A DNA stretch of 53,818 nt from a virus (lineage: Duplodnaviria; Caudoviricetes). Location of the stretch: positions 1 to 53,818 of the IMG/VR virus record IMGVR_UViG_3300034072_000606. One strand, given 5' to 3'. Below are positions 25,974 to 35,964 of this stretch, piece after piece. Within the stretch, counting starts at the first letter, position 1. Each line of letters opens with the position of its first letter. The position numbers were made by a program, and so were the translations under genes. Under the pieces are notes generated by a model. That model was not told the origin of the DNA, searched no databases, and was given only the letters and a program-made list of their open reading frames with translations.

Positions 25974-26906
25974 TTAACAATCATAGGGGTGAACATCCAC
26001 TTCGCACATCCATGGAGCCCCTTCGGTACACAGCCAAGCCGCATGCTCTACTAAGGGGCCAGTGTATAGATAGCGTCCATTTTCGTCAAGTATTGGTACA
26101 GCATTTTCGGTGAACAAAGGTAGCCCTTCCGGGATCATGCCTTCACAGAAGCCGCCGTAGTCCTCGCAGAAACCGAAAATCTTTCCTGTGCGACGATACG
26201 CGTCAGTAGCTTGTGTGCGTTCAAGATCATCTTCGCAGAAACCTCCCCAGCCTTCCCCGAAACCGAACACCCTGGTTTCTCCAAAATGGAACATCAACCG
26301 AATGCCCAAAGCTATGGGGAGGACCCTTGGATAAAGTTGAAGTAGCCTGATCTCGCCATCTGTCAGATCGCGTCCCGGGGCCACTACAATTCTCCCCTGA
26401 CCAGAGTAAAGGACGGTTGCTTGAGGTCCAAAAAATTCCCTCAAGCAAATCTCAAGGCTCGACAAGTCGTATTGACGCTCAGCTTGGAAGCGTCGAACCT
26501 TCAGAAAGGTCCTATAAATTTCATCGTCAACCAAGCAAATTTCTGACAAACCCGGCCCACAATCAGCCCAAGAGTAGTTTCCAGCGGACGGGTCGCAATC
26601 TCCCCCGAAGCCAGAAACTGGCCGGAGGGTGATGCCCTCTGGGCAGTCAAACCCGAAAGCAGGCTCTGTGTCGCAAACGCAATGGCACCGGGGCCAGCCA
26701 AGTCGCTTCCCAAGTAAGGTCAGCTGGTCCCCCACGGCAGAGTTTATGTCAAAATAGTCTGGAAGATCACAAACCTGGCGATGAACTCTCGCAGCAGCTT
26801 TGAGGTAGGTTCTCAACATATGAAGAAATTTAGGGCTTTCGCGATATCGCGTCAGAACCCTATCAATTCTAGTCTCAACCAATTCTTCTTCAGTCGGGCA
26901 GCTCAT
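25974..26906 (-). CDS. Baseplate wedge protein (DUF2612-like), Cys-rich
   Basis: YRESP, FDINSAVGDQL..LG...G..R, L.DD..YR..L; FGF repeats. Confidence 0.75.
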   Translation of the reverse strand: MSCPTEEELVETRIDRVLTRYRESPKFLHMLRTYLKAAARVHRQVCDLPDYFDINSAVGDQLTLLGKRLGWPRCHCVCDTEPAFGFDCPEGITLRPVSGFGGDCDPSAGNYSWADCGPGLSEICLVDDEIYRTFLKVRRFQAERQYDLSSLEICLREFFGPQATVLYSGQGRIVVAPGRDLTDGEIRLLQLYPRVLPIALGIRLMFHFGETRVFGFGEGWGGFCEDDLERTQATDAYRRTGKIFGFCEDYGGFCEGMIPEGLPLFTENAVPILDENGRYLYTGPLVEHAAWLCTEGAPWMCEVDVHPYDC

Positions 26907-27787
26907 ACCAAGAATACCTCAACGTCAAGATTTGCCATCTCGGTGAAGGAAATCTCAACCGGCACGTTTAGTTGAGGTTCAGCTCCATCGCGACCGGCGG
27001 CGAAGCTGACAAACTCAACCGTGTTGAACGATCCTTCGATAAGACTGCGAAGCTGGTAGGCGTTCACGTCAAGACCATTCTGCCGCTTTTCCTGCCAAAG
27101 AGCTTCAGCGGCAGCTTCGATTGCTACAAGCGATGGAGGCGGACACCCGTTTTTGTCACGATGGAGTTTGACGTTTACAATCGCCTTCACGTCAACCCAG
27201 GCAGGGCGAATAATGCTCATAGAGCGACAAAACCCGTTTACGTTGGTGCTAACCAAGGTGTTGCCGTAAGTACTAACCCCGGGGACCACGTAGGCCCTCA
27301 CTGTGTTGGCAATATCTTCTTCGGACCCGCCTATAACAGCGACCGCCACAAATCCGCGTTCCAACTCTTGGTCAGTCGTCTCTCCTGAGTCATTGACAAA
27401 AACTTGAGCGTAAGTTACACCCGGCAAGCTTCTCAACGCCCCTGACAAATCTTGGATATCGATCCGAGCTTGGCCCTTATTTGTGATGGCCTGACGCATC
27501 TCCGTATCGTTCTTGGCTCCGCGTCGAATAAGGCGCAATGCAGCCAATGTCTCAAGTCTTGTAGATTCAGCTTGGTCGGGATCGTAAGACTGATACAAAT
27601 CCAGATTGCGTTCATCGATTTCGGCAATGAGGTCAGCCATCAAACCATTCAGTTGGCCCAAGGGGCTGACCGAAGTCTGGACGAGACCGGGACCAAATTC
27701 AGTTGCCAAATCCGCTTCGATTTCGGCGAGGATAACCGAAAGGGGCTTTCTCACATAGCCTTGGGGCAGAACGCCATATTCGCTCAT
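26903..27787 (-). CDS. Baseplate J-like wedge protein
   Basis: YGV.P.GY, SPLGQLNG, DPDQA...RL, V.GG....IA, PG..TYG. Confidence 0.8.
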   Translation of the reverse strand: MSEYGVLPQGYVRKPLSVILAEIEADLATEFGPGLVQTSVSPLGQLNGLMADLIAEIDERNLDLYQSYDPDQAESTRLETLAALRLIRRGAKNDTEMRQAITNKGQARIDIQDLSGALRSLPGVTYAQVFVNDSGETTDQELERGFVAVAVIGGSEEDIANTVRAYVVPGVSTYGNTLVSTNVNGFCRSMSIIRPAWVDVKAIVNVKLHRDKNGCPPPSLVAIEAAAEALWQEKRQNGLDVNAYQLRSLIEGSFNTVEFVSFAAGRDGAEPQLNVPVEISFTEMANLDVEVFLV

Positions 27788-28158
27788 ATGTTTGCTTCCT
27801 CATCGTATTCCGTCAGCACCGTGATGTTAGACGCCCCGAGCCCTCTGGTCGAGCGATCAAATCTAACGCTGAACGTTGTGATTTCCACAACTCCGTCCGT
27901 GTCTAAAATTTCGGCCTTCAGAACACTTTCTGCCAGCACAGGGTCGTATTGACCGCCCAGAATATCGCGGACCCAAGGCACACCTACATCCGCGTCAAGA
28001 AACCACTCCCCTTCATGGGCCATGAGTCGTTGCTCAACATGCTGAGCAACGGCTTCGGCGTCATGGACGAAAACAAGATTGCCGTTAGCGTCCATGTGGA
28101 TATCCGCCGGAGCCGATCCCTCTCTCTTCAAGCTGAGACCCATTCGACTTAAAGTCAT
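27784..28158 (-). CDS. Baseplate sheath-initiator (gp25/gp46-like)
   Basis: AVAQ.V..RL....GEWFLD...GVPW, IL.TDGV..I. Confidence 0.78.
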   Translation of the reverse strand: MTLSRMGLSLKREGSAPADIHMDANGNLVFVHDAEAVAQHVEQRLMAHEGEWFLDADVGVPWVRDILGGQYDPVLAESVLKAEILDTDGVVEITTFSVRFDRSTRGLGASNITVLTEYDEEANI

Positions 28159-28817
28159 AGCTCCATGCTCCTCAGTTTGGACGCAATTTCGGTTGCTTCA
28201 GCAGCCATTGTATGCGAGTATTGTCCAGTGGAGGAGCCTGACGTTACCTTAGTTTCGTGTTGAGCTATGATTTCGGCTAATCGGGCGAGCATTTCAAAGA
28301 AATTGCCGGCGGCTCCCTGGAATTTGAACTTCCCATCCTCACTCATTTCTATTTTGAACGATCCATCAGCCGTTCTAATCTCCATGTTGGAAGAGTTGAA
28401 ATTGGGAATAGGGTCTGTGAGAGCCTCCCCACCTTCCAAAAAAGCCTCCATGTCGCTTAGCGAGAAGCTCCGGGCGTCTTGGTTTGCCGTGTAGTCGCCT
28501 CCTGAGTGAAACTCGTCGCTGGATCGCATCTGGGGTCGAAGCGTGACCTTGTCCCCTGCTTTAACGGGGCTCGTGATAATAAAGCCTCCGGCGCGAGCGA
28601 ACCTAACAGGCACCTCCAAGAGTTGGGGCATGTCAACCGGCTGACCGTTATGGCGAGGCTTGTAGCTTGGTTGAATGGTCGCGGTCTGGGTCGCCGGATC
28701 GAAACTGACTATCGTTCCCGGCATTTCGCCCCACATGGACTCACGTTCGGACTGAGCCTGAACTGCCACGTTCTCCCTTTGGGCGTTGGTCGTCTTTCCG
28801 CGTTTCCCCATGCTCAT
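28155..28817 (-). CDS. Baseplate spike (gp138/gpV-like)
   Basis: MPG.IVSFDP..QTA..QP, VPV.F...GGF....PV..GD, R.F.LSD; terminal His residues. Confidence 0.82.
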   Translation of the reverse strand: MSMGKRGKTTNAQRENVAVQAQSERESMWGEMPGTIVSFDPATQTATIQPSYKPRHNGQPVDMPQLLEVPVRFARAGGFIITSPVKAGDKVTLRPQMRSSDEFHSGGDYTANQDARSFSLSDMEAFLEGGEALTDPIPNFNSSNMEIRTADGSFKIEMSEDGKFKFQGAAGNFFEMLARLAEIIAQHETKVTSGSSTGQYSHTMAAEATEIASKLRSMEL

Positions 28818-29698
28818 TTTGAAGCAGACCCTTCGTCAATCTTGCCGCCACTCATAGCTTCGCCGGTGATGCTCATCAAGAAATCGCCGTCCCGGTTATC
28901 GCCGCTAAAATCAATCTGGCTGATACGGTAGGTGTTGTCTTGAGCATTCATTTCCAGAACCTCGCTGCGAACTTCCACAAGTCTATTCGGGCGGGCTCCC
29001 GGGTTGAGCAAAGCTTTTACCTTCACCCCGTTATCGGTGATAGTCGGCGCTCCCACCATACCGGTTTCAGGGCTAATCAAAATCTTGCCCTCAAGATAGC
29101 CGTCGCCGGGTATGATTTCGAATGTCTCGTTTTGTATAGACCAATAAAAGTTGTTACCCCGTCCCAACGTGTCCAGCTCGCGAGTGCACGAACCGCACAT
29201 GCTGTATGGACGCTTGAAAGTTTTCACGTCATCAGGGAATTTTGTCTCTCCCTTAGCGATACCTTGTTTTTCAAGCTCCTTGTACAATTCATCGACTACT
29301 TCTGGGACAGACGCCCCCTTGGGGATTGTCTTGCTGATGGTTGCCCGACGATACGCCAAATCACCATCACCGCAGCTTACGGTGGTGATAATATCCGGCC
29401 CTTCCCGGTCGTGCTGAAAATCTCTGATGCGACCCTTTGCGATGATACCGAGATTGCCGCCGCCCTCCGGGGGAACGTACCCGGCCTCAATTTGAACAGT
29501 TTCAAGCTCTCGCCCTACGGCGTTCCTGTGATCTTTATTAAGGTTGTACAACTTGATATTGAAGGTATTGGGCGATCCTGATATGCCTCGCGACACGTCA
29601 AAAATCACGCGCAGCTCCTGTTGCTCAACCGCATCGCTGGGGTTGACAACAAAACCGCCGGGGAACGTAACCCGGACCTTACGCAGCCACTGCCGCAT
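28814..29698 (-). CDS. Baseplate hub protein
   Basis: I.LYNL, I.AGY, CGDGD, WSIQN, ETGMVGAP, LLNP, GDNR. Confidence 0.78.
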   Translation of the reverse strand: MRQWLRKVRVTFPGGFVVNPSDAVEQQELRVIFDVSRGISGSPNTFNIKLYNLNKDHRNAVGRELETVQIEAGYVPPEGGGNLGIIAKGRIRDFQHDREGPDIITTVSCGDGDLAYRRATISKTIPKGASVPEVVDELYKELEKQGIAKGETKFPDDVKTFKRPYSMCGSCTRELDTLGRGNNFYWSIQNETFEIIPGDGYLEGKILISPETGMVGAPTITDNGVKVKALLNPGARPNRLVEVRSEVLEMNAQDNTYRISQIDFSGDNRDGDFLMSITGEAMSGGKIDEGSASK

Positions 29699-29999
29699 CA
29701 ATTTCCTCCTGGGTGGTATGATACAGCTTAACGATGCCCAAGGGCAGGTTCTCCCGCGTCGGTTCCGCCCCCGTCTCGGAAAAAGCAAACAGCACACCTA
29801 TTCCGAGCCCAAAGGGGGCGAGAAGGTCCGTGCCGGTTACGATCCTCCGGCCTTGTATGACGGGGCCGTCATCAAGAGACAAATCAAATGACCAGCGGTT
29901 GGTGACACCGCTAAACCAAAGCAAGAAAGTGACGCGCCGACCGTTCAGAAGAAGAGAGAATTTTTGCTTGGGTTCGTCTACAATTCGAAATTCAATCAT
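29679..29999 (-). CDS. Small baseplate hub-associated protein
   Basis: P.Q.FS..L.G, W..DL, G..IVTG.DLL; position. Confidence 0.7.
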   Translation of the reverse strand: MIEFRIVDEPKQKFSLLLNGRRVTFLLWFSGVTNRWSFDLSLDDGPVIQGRRIVTGTDLLAPFGLGIGVLFAFSETGAEPTRENLPLGIVKLYHTTQEEIDAAVAA

Positions 30000-30562
30000 C
30001 AGAACATCCTCTTCAAGATGGACTGCGTTTTGGCCGGGGCGACCGTAGTTGTAGGATTGTCGCCAGTCTGAACGGTCGAAGCGGCTTTGTCTGCCGTCGC
30101 CGAGTTGGTGGCGGATTTCGCCGTTGGCTTAGAAGAGGTCGTGCTCTTCTTGCCCCCGGGCTTGCCCTTAGATTGCGCCTCGTTGCCGTCTGTAGTCGAG
30201 CCAGTGGAAACGATTAGAACCTGCCGGCAAACAACAGTAGCCCGGAGGATAGTGGAATTAGTCTTATCCCGCGTGGCGTCGATAGAAGCTATCAGCATGT
30301 CCTCATAGACGCTGAGGCCAGTTACCATGTAAAATGGCACCCGGCTTTCCTGAAAGCGCACCAGAGCGTTATAGGTCAAGGCGGCTTTGCTGTCAGCAAT
30401 TTCCAAGACGACCTGCTTGGGCTTGATATACGCGTGGTCGTTGACTTCGGCTCCCGTTTCAATCGGGTTCGCCGTGATCTCGATTTCGGACGTGTGATCC
30501 TCGCTGAGGACACAATCAATCGGCATAGGTCCAATAGCACGGGAGAAGGCAATGACGCTCAT
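29999..30562 (-). CDS. Tail tube initiator / Dit-like protein
   Basis: D....E.H....IT.NP.E.G....DHA...P, TG...Y.DM.I; follows the tape measure. Confidence 0.78.
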   Translation of the reverse strand: MSVIAFSRAIGPMPIDCVLSEDHTSEIEITANPIETGAEVNDHAYIKPKQVVLEIADSKAALTYNALVRFQESRVPFYMVTGLSVYEDMLIASIDATRDKTNSTILRATVVCRQVLIVSTGSTTDGNEAQSKGKPGGKKSTTSSKPTAKSATNSATADKAASTVQTGDNPTTTVAPAKTQSILKRMF

Positions 30563-32463
30563 CAGAATGAGGGCTCCGTTTCGATCTGCGACCGCTGCTG
30601 AGCAACGGCACCCTGAACGGCTCCTGCCGTCGCTTGCGCCGCCTGCTTGGGCGCGTCGGTGGCCTGTGTAACTGTCTGATTGACGGTCACGTTGTTCGTC
30701 TGCGGGAAGCTCCGGTTGTCGGCGCGGGCGTCAGTGATCGTCGCGTCAACGGCTGTGTCGGGGGCCATCTTCTGGATGTTGTCGTTGGCGTTCTTCAACA
30801 TCTGCTCCCATTCCTGACGTTGAAGCTCCATCTTGGCGTCCCAAGCATCCTGATCAAACTTGATCGGGGTTTCCGGTCCAGCTGGGGGTGCTTCGCCGGT
30901 CCCGGTAACGGGAGCCCCGGGGACCACCTTTGGATCGGTAGGACCGAAACCGAGATTTTGAACCCATTCGGGAAGCTGAAAGAGGCCCAGGAACCAATCC
31001 TTGATCGCTGCGCCGACCGACTGAAGACCGGCGAGCAGATCATTACCTAGCCGGGTGCCTTCGGCTATCAGGTCGATATTGAAAGCGCCCTTGACGTATT
31101 CGTTGATGCGATTGCCGACCCCTGCCCAGAAGCCGTAAACCCAATCAGCCCATGCGAGGAAGCCCGCCTGAATGCCGCCCGTGATAACGCGGCTCACCGC
31201 GTCCCAGTCAACGCTCTGAACAGTCTGCTTCCACATACCGAGAAGCGAGACAGAGCCGACAACCAGACCAACGATCCCGTCAACGAGAAGCTGACCGGCT
31301 TGCCGCCCTAAATCGCCCCAGTTGATGTTGGAGAGCCAATTTCTAAATGCCCCGGCGGCTTCCATCAGGATAGACGGAAGACGAGAGCACCAGTCTATGA
31401 AGTCGCCGATGACGCTCTCACCGCCTTGGAAATAGGCAATGAGGTCGTCAACCGCGAGACCGATAGCGACGAACGCTGATAGGATCGGGAAGGCCCACAC
31501 CAAAAGAGCCCCGAGCGCGACACCCAAGGAGACAAGAACCGGCTTCAGGCTTTCGAAATTATCGATCAACCATCCGGTTATGGACGCGACCCGCTCACCC
31601 ACAGCCCAGAACATATCCGCGAACCATGTAAGGGTCTTGCTCAGAGCAGCAGCCCACTGGTCGAGCTTCCCGCTTTTGTCCAACAAGTCAATTGTATCGA
31701 TCAAGCCTTTGAGCTTGTTGTTGACACTTTCGAAGAACCCGGATTCACCGATGCGGCGCTGAAAATCAATCCAGCTGTCGCCGATGTTGGACGTCATGCC
31801 CTTGAAAGTCTTGGATTGGCGATCCATCGCGCCGTTGAACCGGTCTCCCATGGTCTCAAGGAGGAATGACCGGATTTCGGTTGCGTTCTTCTTTACAGTC
31901 TTGCTGAGCTCTTTGCCGTTCTTCGTCCAGTTGAAGGTGACGCTGTCGCCTTCCTGCTTGGCCTTGATACCAAATTCCTTCAGACGCTCAAACTCGCCGG
32001 TGGAGGCGTCGGCAAACATCTCAACGGCCTGATCGAGACCCTTGCCCATAGCCGAAGCTGTGTCCCCGAGAATGCGCAGCGTGTCGTTGGCAATCGGGTC
32101 GATGCCGTAAGCCTTGAGCTTGACGAACGCCTCAGTTACTTGGGCAACGTCATAGGGGGTCTTCTTGCCGAAGTCGGCAATCCAGTCGAGCGCCGCCCGC
32201 GCCTTATCGGCGCTTCCCTCAATCGTCTCCAGGGTCGCTTGATAAGTCTCAAATTGGGCTGAGGTCTCGATGACCGACTTGCCAAGGAACGTGAACGCAG
32301 CCGCCGAAGCGGCAGCTGCGATCTTTATACCTGTGCCGATAGCCGCGCCGACCTTTTCAGCGGTCTTCTCAACGCGCTTGAGCGTGTTCTCATAGCGCTT
32401 CGCAGCGTCCTCGCCGGTCAACTCAAAGCCCAGGAGGGCGATCAACTCATCAGCGATTGCCAT
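30562..32463 (-). CDS. Tape measure protein
   Basis: IADELIALLGF, F.KKTPY....V..AFVKL.AYG, GEFERLKEFGI; Trp-periodic helical repeats. Confidence 0.9.
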   Translation of the reverse strand: MAIADELIALLGFELTGEDAAKRYENTLKRVEKTAEKVGAAIGTGIKIAAAASAAAFTFLGKSVIETSAQFETYQATLETIEGSADKARAALDWIADFGKKTPYDVAQVTEAFVKLKAYGIDPIANDTLRILGDTASAMGKGLDQAVEMFADASTGEFERLKEFGIKAKQEGDSVTFNWTKNGKELSKTVKKNATEIRSFLLETMGDRFNGAMDRQSKTFKGMTSNIGDSWIDFQRRIGESGFFESVNNKLKGLIDTIDLLDKSGKLDQWAAALSKTLTWFADMFWAVGERVASITGWLIDNFESLKPVLVSLGVALGALLVWAFPILSAFVAIGLAVDDLIAYFQGGESVIGDFIDWCSRLPSILMEAAGAFRNWLSNINWGDLGRQAGQLLVDGIVGLVVGSVSLLGMWKQTVQSVDWDAVSRVITGGIQAGFLAWADWVYGFWAGVGNRINEYVKGAFNIDLIAEGTRLGNDLLAGLQSVGAAIKDWFLGLFQLPEWVQNLGFGPTDPKVVPGAPVTGTGEAPPAGPETPIKFDQDAWDAKMELQRQEWEQMLKNANDNIQKMAPDTAVDATITDARADNRSFPQTNNVTVNQTVTQATDAPKQAAQATAGAVQGAVAQQRSQIETEPSF

Positions 32464-32710
32464 GTTTTTCGCGGGCCTTTCTCACCTTCTCTGCTTCAGC
32501 CGCCTTCAGATCAAGCATCTCATGGGCGTCCAGAACATCAGCGATGGTGACCCACTCTCTAAGGTCACGAAGCGTATAAAGTTGAGGCTCAGATAGCACC
32601 GGCCTCATCAACCAAAAATTGAGGTTAGGGGCGACCGCCCTAACCTCTTCCGGGGTCAGCCCCTCACCATCTTCTGAAGGTCGCCAGCTCCCGGCACGTC
32701 TGAGAAAAAA
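32450..32710 (-). CDS. -1 frameshift extension of the tail assembly chaperone (G-T type)
   Basis: Slippery T TTT TTC at 32704-32710; the -1 frame stays open to TGA at 32450 (..FWLMRPVL...TL.DL...TIADVLDAHEMLD..), overlapping the tape measure start. Confidence 0.75.
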   Translation of the reverse strand, partial: FFLRRAGSWRPSEDGEGLTPEEVRAVAPNLNFWLMRPVLSEPQLYTLRDLREWVTIADVLDAHEMLDLKAAEAEKVRKAREKHGNR

Positions 32711-33105
32711 TCCCCCAGCACCTCTTTCAGAACGAAGGCGAGAAGCGGGAAAAGGTCTTTCTTGTGGCTCCGGTCTGTGAAGTCCTGATCCACGTCAACA
32801 GTACCCCATTGACCGCTCTTGGATTGGATTTCAGCGTAAGCCGCGATCCTGGCGATCAATTCAACCACGCCGTCCGGGTCGCACTTGGAGAAAATGTCTG
32901 CCAGAGCGCCTACCAAGGCCGCGTCTGATGCGGCCTTGGCTTCGGGGTCCTCCTTCCCCTTTGTTCCCATACCAGCCATAATGGTAGGAAGGCGATCAAC
33001 GCCACCACCGATCACCTTCAGGAGACTAACCTGAAGCCTGATTGCTTCCGTGGCAAGAACGTCCTTAACCCGGAACAATCTGCCGTTGATCTTCTTCTCT
33101 GCCAT
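32656..33105 (-). CDS. Tail assembly chaperone
   Basis: Between tube and tape measure; ends ..VLGDFF.. at the slippery site. Confidence 0.8.
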   Translation of the reverse strand: MAEKKINGRLFRVKDVLATEAIRLQVSLLKVIGGGVDRLPTIMAGMGTKGKEDPEAKAASDAALVGALADIFSKCDPDGVVELIARIAAYAEIQSKSGQWGTVDVDQDFTDRSHKKDLFPLLAFVLKEVLGDFFSDVPGAGDLQKMVRG

Positions 33106-33119
33106 TTCAGCTCCTCACG

Positions 33120-33545
33120 TTACGGGGTCGTGACGTTCGGCGTCCAATCGCCGGTAACGACAACCCACTCACGCACCGTTGCGTTGGTGCCCTTTGTGTC
33201 GTCAGGAGCGGTGCGCACAAAGCAATCCGTACCGGTGCCGCCTTCGTTGTTCCCGTTGTCGATGATATCGAACGGGAAGCCCCGGAGGATGCCGGCACGC
33301 TGCGCCCTCCACTTCTCCAACAGCTGACGGTGGGTCGGGCTGTTGGGCTTGAGGCGCAGCGTGATGGTTGCCGACCGGTCAGCCGATTGACTGAACAGGG
33401 GCGTGCCATCCGCTCCAATGAGCATAGTACCGACATCAGCGCCCGGAGACACCTGAATTGCGTTGTCGCCGTCCATAAGCCCAATGACGCGACGACCGTC
33501 AAGTGTCGCCACCACATTGAGCATCGAATATGCGATGGTGGTCAT
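33120..33545 (-). CDS. Tail tube protein (DUF3277-like)
   Basis: YS..NV...DG, GADG, TI.L...SP, REW. Confidence 0.82.
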   Translation of the reverse strand: MTTIAYSMLNVVATLDGRRVIGLMDGDNAIQVSPGADVGTMLIGADGTPLFSQSADRSATITLRLKPNSPTHRQLLEKWRAQRAGILRGFPFDIIDNGNNEGGTGTDCFVRTAPDDTKGTNATVREWVVVTGDWTPNVTTP

Positions 33546-33557
33546 GTTTGAGGCTCC

Positions 33558-34712
33558 TTAGAAAGTCATCGTGTAGTTGATGGTGGTGTAGTGGACGGCA
33601 CCGGCGTACCGGAACCGGACGGTGATGGCCGGGGCGATACGAGCCTTGCGCTGGCTCTCCGGTACGTCGAAGACGGACGGCACGGTGATCTCAACGGCGG
33701 GCTCGTATTCACCCGTAGTGGGGTTCAAGTCCTTGGCAACGATCCCGGCACGAACGGCCTGAGCCATGATAGCCCGGGGGACGGACGCGAGCTGCTGCAT
33801 GCCCTGATCGGTGTAGGGAATGCGAGCGTTGTTGAGGAACAAGGCCAGAGCCTCTTCCTCAGTGCGCGCAACGATCCAGTCCGTCGCGTGAACCTCGTCC
33901 ACGAAAACGTTCTGGGTGAGCATCGAACCCTCAACCAGGAAATTCTGGTCGCCGATATCGACATAAGTGTTGGCACAATGACCGGAGCTTTCGCTTTGGC
34001 CGATCCCTTCGATGAAGGCCGTCACGGCGGTAACAGCGGCAGAACCGATGTTCACGTTGTTGATGCCGGGGGCCTTCTTGAACTTCAGGGTGTAGGCGCT
34101 GTCAGCATCGTCAAAGACGCGGGTGGCCATGTAAGCGGCCATCGACCCGGCCAGATAGGCGTCGGGGTCGGTATGGTAGAACACGGCTGTGCGCTCCACC
34201 GTACCCTTGTGACGAGCCGCAATGTTGGTCGTGTCAGACGGGTCCTGGAGCTTGACATCATTGCTATCGATCATAGCAATCTTCTGCTGAGCTTCGATCC
34301 AGTCAACAAGGCCGTCCAGATACGGCTGATCGCGCATGGGCTTGTCCACAAGAGCCATATACCAGCTCTGGTCATAATCAAGGATCGCATCCAGAGAAGC
34401 GATGAAGTTGGCCTTCTTCGCTGCGTCGTCAGCACCGGTAGGCGTGGCGGCGAAACCCACCTTAATACGAGCAGGGCGCGGGTTCTGTGAGAAGGCCGCG
34501 AGTGCCGCCGCATAGACGGTCGTGTTGGAAGGGTAATCCGTCTTTACTTCCTCAAGGGAAGCATAGAGCTTGGTGCGGTGCGTCGCATCCACGACCCCGG
34601 CGACGGCGGTGTGGGTGAGGATAAGCTGCGTGCCGAAACCACGTCGCGTCGGGAAGTTGTCGTTGCGCGACAATTTCACGTCTACAACACGGCTATATGG
34701 AAGCTTTGCCAT
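33558..34712 (-). CDS. Tail sheath protein (DUF3383-like)
   Basis: SRVVDV, Y.S..EV..D, FSQ.P.P, T.KFK..PG, F.DE....DW, IPYTD.G, AGAVH. Confidence 0.87.
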   Translation of the reverse strand: MAKLPYSRVVDVKLSRNDNFPTRRGFGTQLILTHTAVAGVVDATHRTKLYASLEEVKTDYPSNTTVYAAALAAFSQNPRPARIKVGFAATPTGADDAAKKANFIASLDAILDYDQSWYMALVDKPMRDQPYLDGLVDWIEAQQKIAMIDSNDVKLQDPSDTTNIAARHKGTVERTAVFYHTDPDAYLAGSMAAYMATRVFDDADSAYTLKFKKAPGINNVNIGSAAVTAVTAFIEGIGQSESSGHCANTYVDIGDQNFLVEGSMLTQNVFVDEVHATDWIVARTEEEALALFLNNARIPYTDQGMQQLASVPRAIMAQAVRAGIVAKDLNPTTGEYEPAVEITVPSVFDVPESQRKARIAPAITVRFRYAGAVHYTTINYTMTF

Positions 34713-34714
34713 GT

Positions 34715-35200
34715 TCAGGCCCTTTCTCCTGTGAGATTGAAGTCGTACTCCTCAATGACATCGATGACGAAGCCATCACTGGACTTGCCGCGCACGACTA
34801 TGTTCACCTGAGTCCGGGGCTCCCAATCTTCACCCACGAGCTCAGGAATACTATTTGCGGCACTGACCTCATGAATAATGAGATCGGGCCGCAGGGGCTC
34901 CTGGAGTTGGGTCAAGTGAACCGCCGACTGAAGGCGACGCACAAGGTTCTCTCCTTGGGCACCGTAAAGAAACAACAAAAACGTCCATTCAATCTCGAAA
35001 ACTGGGGTGGCCATAACTTCGTCCGTGCCAGTGTATTCGATATCGTCAACGTTATCGTGAATATTGCGCCAATTCGCTAGATCGGTCATTCCGTAAGGCT
35101 TGTTTGGACGGTCAGCCTGCTGACGATCCTTGATCATGGTGACGCCAAGAAGGTCAACCAACCACTCGTTTAAGCGGGTATGGACCTCATTGTTGATCAA
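34715..35200 (-). CDS. Neck / tail terminator protein
   Basis: Q...RP..PY, WE.R; immediately before the sheath. Confidence 0.68.
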   Translation of the reverse strand: MINNEVHTRLNEWLVDLLGVTMIKDRQQADRPNKPYGMTDLANWRNIHDNVDDIEYTGTDEVMATPVFEIEWTFLLFLYGAQGENLVRRLQSAVHLTQLQEPLRPDLIIHEVSAANSIPELVGEDWEPRTQVNIVVRGKSSDGFVIDVIEEYDFNLTGERA

Positions 35201-35529
35201 CCTTCGACCCTCTTCATTGCGAATTTACAAAACCCGTCTGCCGGGCGAGGCCATACGTGGACAACCCGGAATGTCTCGCCACCATAAACGACTTCCCACT
35301 TGACGGCAACCATGGTTCTTGACCAACCAACCATTGAAACCTCAGACCGGAGCCCCTCCGGGAGGTCCTGGAGCATACGCCCAGAGGAGGGCTGAACAGC
35401 GGCCATGCCGGGAACGGGCGCGGGAGCAGCGCCTAGCACCGCGTCACCGCCCTTCGTGTAGGTCGCTCCAGCCGGGGGCTTGAAAGTGACCGGTACGGCT
35501 TCGTCATCAATCGCTTCAGCTACGTCCAT
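35197..35529 (-). CDS. Head closure / head-tail adaptor
   Basis: VQP.....LQ.LPEG.R, V.Y.G..F.V..V.P. Confidence 0.68.
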   Translation of the reverse strand: MDVAEAIDDEAVPVTFKPPAGATYTKGGDAVLGAAPAPVPGMAAVQPSSGRMLQDLPEGLRSEVSMVGWSRTMVAVKWEVVYGGETFRVVHVWPRPADGFCKFAMKRVEG

Positions 35530-35963
35530 CAGCGTTTCACCTGCCAAGTTACCTTGCTTCGCATTTCCCCGGTATCAATCAGCGGGTTGTCGGAGCCCTT
35601 CTGCTTGATCGTGCTAGGCGCGTTCGGGGGATCGCGCAGATTGGTGATCTCCTCTTGTATATCCCCTTGGGCTAGGATGCCCAGCTGTCTCATCGCTGTA
35701 TCCAGCGTCATCTCCCCGCGCAGGATTTTCGCGCCGGAGGATTTGAGGAACCGGAGATACTCGCCCCGGTTCTTGCGAATAGCGTTCAGAAGGAAGGGGC
35801 GAGGCGGAATGCCCCGGGAGGTGCCATAATGGTTCCAGATAGCGCGGTCAACGACTGCGCTGGACACCTTCCCGGCGGGGAAGCCGACCTTCACTTGACG
35901 CGGGCCAGATATCGTCTTGGGGATTTCTATATTGCGCTTGCGGCGGATCGTAACCGATACCAC
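35529..35963 (-). CDS. Neck / tail completion protein
   Basis: VKVG, A..NHYGT..IPPRPFL, PPNAPSTI..KG...PLIDTG.M. Confidence 0.78.
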   Translation of the reverse strand: MVSVTIRRKRNIEIPKTISGPRQVKVGFPAGKVSSAVVDRAIWNHYGTSRGIPPRPFLLNAIRKNRGEYLRFLKSSGAKILRGEMTLDTAMRQLGILAQGDIQEEITNLRDPPNAPSTIKQKGSDNPLIDTGEMRSKVTWQVKR

Positions 35964-35964
35964 A

